Positions 48,972 through 53,293 of a DNA stretch of 53,293 bases are shown one piece after another (the stretch's first letter is position 1; each line of letters starts with the position of its first letter). Position numbers and translations under genes: made by a program. This stretch comes from Nemertoderma westbladi (Eukaryota > Animalia > Xenacoelomorpha), in contig JAUCBJ010002245.1 of assembly GCA_032718475.1 (NCBI GenBank), forward strand, positions 1 to 53,293, written 5' to 3'. The notes below the pieces were generated by a model, which saw only the letters and a list, made by a program, of their open reading frames with translations, had not been told where the DNA came from and ran no database searches.

Positions 48972-51341
48972 TATATATAAATATCGATTGTCTGTCAGTC
49001 AGTCTGTCTGTCTGTGTGTTTGTCATCGGCTATACAATCGAACCCATCTCGATGAAATCTCGCTTGCTATATCTCGTTAGAAAGGTCTCGCCCTAACTCG
49101 TTGCAACGTAATACTCAGAGCCGTCTGAAGTTCGCCCGTCTGCCGCTAGAGGGCGATTTTCGTGATTTTCGGGCGAAATTTATCGAATTATTTCGGTTCT
49201 TCTATCGGTAATTAATTGTTTAGAGGGGTAAAATTTATCCCACCTGGTATAAAATTAACATGGGTAGATTCGCCGTGTCCCATTCTCACAAAGTTTTTAT
49301 TTTATTCGAGTGTTTAATATAAATATGTATGATTATTTATTGATTAAAAATCAAATAGTGTATAAATATGTCATATTCGCCAAGCAGGATCGAATTGGCC
49401 TATAGTTATTGAATAGGGAAGGATTGTTTTCTGTATCATAGCAACGTTAAGGTAATTATTGAACTCGCAGCTAGCTGGCTGGGCACAGATAAGGAGCAAG
49501 CAGGCTGGAGTGTTGATTGGGGTGGGTTTGGGTTGTCTGTTGCGAATTGCTCAGAGTAATTCTGCTTTTTCAATCATTGGCTGCATGGAAGGAGAGGTTT
49601 ATAACATTTTTGTTTTACTGTTATGAATATTAAAAGTAAAATAATTATTTCTGTAGGCCTATACTTACTGTATTATTATTTTATCTAATATTATACATCT
49701 AATCTCGCTGAAATCTCGCTTACTATAGCTCGTTAGATAGGTCTCGCCCTAACTCGTTGCAACGTAATACTCAGAGCCGTCTGAAGTTCCACCGTCTGCC
49801 GCTAGAGGGCGAATTATCCGATAGTGAAAACCTGATCTTATAGGGTTGTTTTTAATGCTTTTGAGCTGAAACGTGGTAGCTATTTACTGCAGCATAGGCT
49901 GTATATTTCCGGAGTCACTGGGTTGTCTACAGTTCCCCAGTCTACCGTTAGAGGGCTAAATGTCTGAGAGTTAACATCTTCTCCAACTTTATTATTTACA
50001 ATCCGTTTTGACTGAAACTTGGTAGGTATCTACTACAGCATAGGCTGAATCTTTACTGAGTCGCAGAGTCGTTTACAATTTCCCAGTCTACCGCTAGAGG
50101 GCGAAATGTCTGAAAGTTAACATCTTCTCCAACTTTGTTATTTATAATCCATTTAGACTGAACTTGGTAGGCATCTACTACAGCATAGGCTGTATCTTTA
50201 CTGAGTAGCAGAGTCATCTACAATTCCCTGGTCTACCGCTAGAGGGCGAAATGTCTGAAAGTTAACATCTTCTCCAACTTTGTTATTTATAATCCATTTA
50301 GACTGAACTTGGTAGGCATCTACTACAGCATAGGCTATATCTTTACTGAGTCGCGCAGAGTTGTCTACATTACCCGCGTCTGCCGCTAGAGGGCGAAATG
50401 TATGAAAGTTAACATCTCCTCCAACTTTGTTATTTACAATCCTTTTAGACTGAAACTTGGTAGGCATCTACTATAGCATAGGCTATATCTTTGCGGAGTA
50501 GTAGAGTCGGCTACAGTTCCACAGTCAGCCGCTAGAGGGCGAATTGTCTGATAGTGAAAACCTCATCCCATTTGGTTCTTTTTAATCATTTTGAGCTGAA
50601 ACTTGGTTGGTATCTACTACATCATAGGCTGCATCTTTACGGGGTTGCAGAATCCTATTCACTTCCCCAGTCTACCGCTAGAGGGTGAAATGTCTGAAAG
50701 TTAACATCTTCTCCAACTTTGTTATTTACTAACGGTTTAGACTGAAACTTGGTAGGCATCTACTACAGCATAGGTTGTACCTTTACGGAGTCACAGAGTT
50801 GTATACAGTCCCCCCATCTGCCGCTAGAGGGCGACATATCTGATAGTGAACACCTCATCCCATTTGGTTCTTTTTAATCCTATTGAGCTGGAACTTGGCA
50901 GGAATCTACTACAGCATATTCTGTATCTTTACGGAGTCCCAGATTCGTCTACAGTTCTTTAGTCTACCGCTAGAGGGTGAAATGTCTGAATGTGAACATC
51001 TACACCAATTTTGTTATTTACAATCTGTTTAAGCTGAAACTTGAAAGGCAGGCATTTTACTTCACCATAAACCCCATCTTTACCAAACTGCAGCGTCGTC
51101 TGCATTTCACCAGTCCGCAGGTAGAGGGTGGATCTGAAAGTGATCATTTTCTGGAAATTTTGTTATTTACAATCTGCCTAAAGTTGAAACTTGACAGTTA
51201 TCTCTTATGGGGGTGGTGTTTTATTTAATGATGGTGTCTGTTCCGTATGCAGTTCTCCAATCTCCCACACATATTCATATATCATCTGCACATGCACTAG
51301 AAAGCTGTGGCCCGAAGGGCCACAGGCTTTCTAGTCTAATA

Positions 51342-52042
51342 CAGTACAGGCCACCAGAAAACGCAGATTTGTACAATTGTGAACACATTTTATCAAATGT
51401 GTACCAGTGTAATGCAATGTTGTTGAACGGGACAATTGAACATAATTGAACATAATTGAATTGGCAACAACCAAAATTTTTTCGCCAAAGGATACAATTG
51501 AATACTTTTGAAACTCTTAGTAACCTGGAAACTCTCTGTAGTTTGCCGCTAACTGTCACTCACTGCAGCTGGAAATGCGATAAGGATATTGTTTACCTTT
51601 ATAGTGTGCGGTTAATAGTGTCTAGTAGGCAGGCCTATAGTTAGTGATGTTAAGGCATCTTCTGGTGTTTCTCTGTGCCCTCTCGGTGTCAGACTAATGG
51701 CGCGACATCTCCCTGCACTAAATTAATTATTCAATGGTCTAGGCTCCTCCAAACATATACCCATCCACTCCATGAACCTCCATGTGGACTTGTATGTAGT
51801 TCTCTCTCTACCAATACAGCCCATGTCCGCAATGTTACGCCCTGGGGGCTCTCTCATCTACCTGATATCAGACATACAGGCGCACCGCACACAAAGCCTT
51901 TGTCGGTCCCAGCAAGTTAGCCTCCTGCTGTGTGATCTAGAGGATAACTTGCCATAACCTGCCAATCAGATGACTTGAACAAATGTGTTCACATGTGATC
52001 ACATTGGATGAAATCTGCTTTTTCTGGTGGCCTGTACTTGTG
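51342..52042. mobile_element. Tc1/mariner-type MITE (copy 2, same position in the next unit)
   Basis: Apparently identical to 48271-48971 at an offset of 3071. Confidence 0.85.
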
Positions 52043-53293
52043 TATATATAAATATCGATTGTCTGTCAGTCAGTCTGTCTGTCTGTGTGTTTGTCATCGG
52101 CTATACAATCGAACCCATCTCGATGAAATCTCGCTTGCTATATCTCGTTAGAAAGGTCTCGCCCTAACTCGTTGCAACGTAATACTCAGAGCCGTCTGAA
52201 GTTCGCCCGTCTGCCGCTAGAGGGCGATTTTCGTGATTTTCGGGCGAAATTTATCGAATTATTTCGGTTCTTCTATCGGTAATTAATTGTTTAGAGGGGT
52301 AAAATTTATCCCACCTGGTATAAAATTAACATGGGTAGATTCGCCGTGTCCCATTCTCACAAAGTTTTTATTTTATTCGAGTGTTTAATATAAATATGTA
52401 TGATTATTTATTGATTAAAAATCAAATAGTGTATAAATATGTCATATTCGCCAAGCAGGATCGAATTGGCCTATAGTTATTGAATAGGGAAGGATTGTTT
52501 TCTGTATCATAGCAACATTAAGGTAATTATTGAACTCGCAGCTAGCTGGCTGGGCACAGATAAGGAGCAAGCAGGCTGGAGTGTTGATTGGGGTGGGTTT
52601 GGGTTGTCTGTTGCGAATTGCTCAGAGTAATTCTGCTTTTTCAATCATTGGCTGCATGGAAGGAGAGGTTTATCACATTTTTGTTTTACTGTTATGAATA
52701 TTAAAAGTAAAATAATTATTTCTGTAGGCCTATACTTACTGTATTATTATTTTATCTAATATTATACATCTAATCTCGCTGAAATCTCGCTTACTATAGC
52801 TCGTTAGATAGGTCTCGCCCTAACTCGTTGCAACGTAATACTCAGAGCCGTCTGAAGTTCCACCGTCTGCCGCTAGAGGGCGAATTATCCGATAGTGAAA
52901 ACCTGATCTTATAGGGTTGTTTTTAATGCTTTTGAGCTGAAACGTGGTAGCTATTTACTGCAGCATAGGCTGTATATTTCCGGAGTCACTGGGTTGTCTA
53001 CAGTTCCCCAGTCTACCGTTAGAGGGCTAAATGTCTGAGAGTTAACATCTTCTCCAACTTTATTATTTACAATCCGTTTTGACTGAAACTTGGTAGGCAT
53101 CTACTACAGCATAGGCTGAATCTTTACTGAGTCGCAGAGTCGTTTACAATTTCCCAGTCTACCGCTAGAGGGCGAAATGTCTGCAAGTTAACATCTTCTC
53201 CAACTTTGTTATTTACAAACCTTTTAGACTGAAACTTGGTAGGCATCTACTATAGCATAGGCTATATCTTTGCGGAGTAGTAGAGTCGTCTAC

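Larger units (their letters stand above)
37303..53293 (+). mobile_element. Head-to-tail array of non-autonomous Helitrons
   Basis: Units begin TCTA(A)TATATATAAAT plus a GTCT microsatellite and end with hairpin tgtggccc-gaa-gggccaca plus CTAG. 3' ends at 37351, 39579 (CCAG), 41290, 43528, 45895, 48263 and 51334; the last unit is cut by the window edge. Internal ~146-bp subrepeats. Confidence 0.9.

Noticed and set aside
38443-51957. Recurrent 60-190 aa ORFs in the Helitron array and its MITEs
   Set aside because: No Rep/helicase or transposase motifs; they recur only because the DNA is repeated.

Overview
Eukaryotic, repeat-saturated window, most likely from an invertebrate animal; the species cannot be determined from the sequence. 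The only intact host-like genes are two paralogous single-exon C2H2 zinc-finger genes on the minus strand (10806-12425, 14 fingers; 35524-37302, 16 fingers), plus a third decayed finger fragment at 8278-8536. Between the two genes lies a ~12.9 kb BEL/Pao-derived element (20668-33541). It is bounded not by direct LTRs but by ~2 kb INVERTED repeats (TG...CA), each carrying a tRNA-derived A/B-box unit, CCAAT/TATA boxes and a conserved intron-like segment. Inside it, gag and RNase H are decayed, protease and RT are deleted, the integrase frame is open, and there is an extra CxxC...CxxH ORF. The last 16 kb is a head-to-tail array of non-autonomous Helitrons whose ~146-bp subrepeats each carry a CTCF-like motif. 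Helitron sequence abuts both zinc-finger genes at the limits of their shared homology. The remainder is nested MITEs (pogo-like, hAT-like, IS3EU-like), a Gypsy RT relic, a 68-bp satellite and local duplications. All alignments were done by eye, so identities and internal boundaries are approximate.
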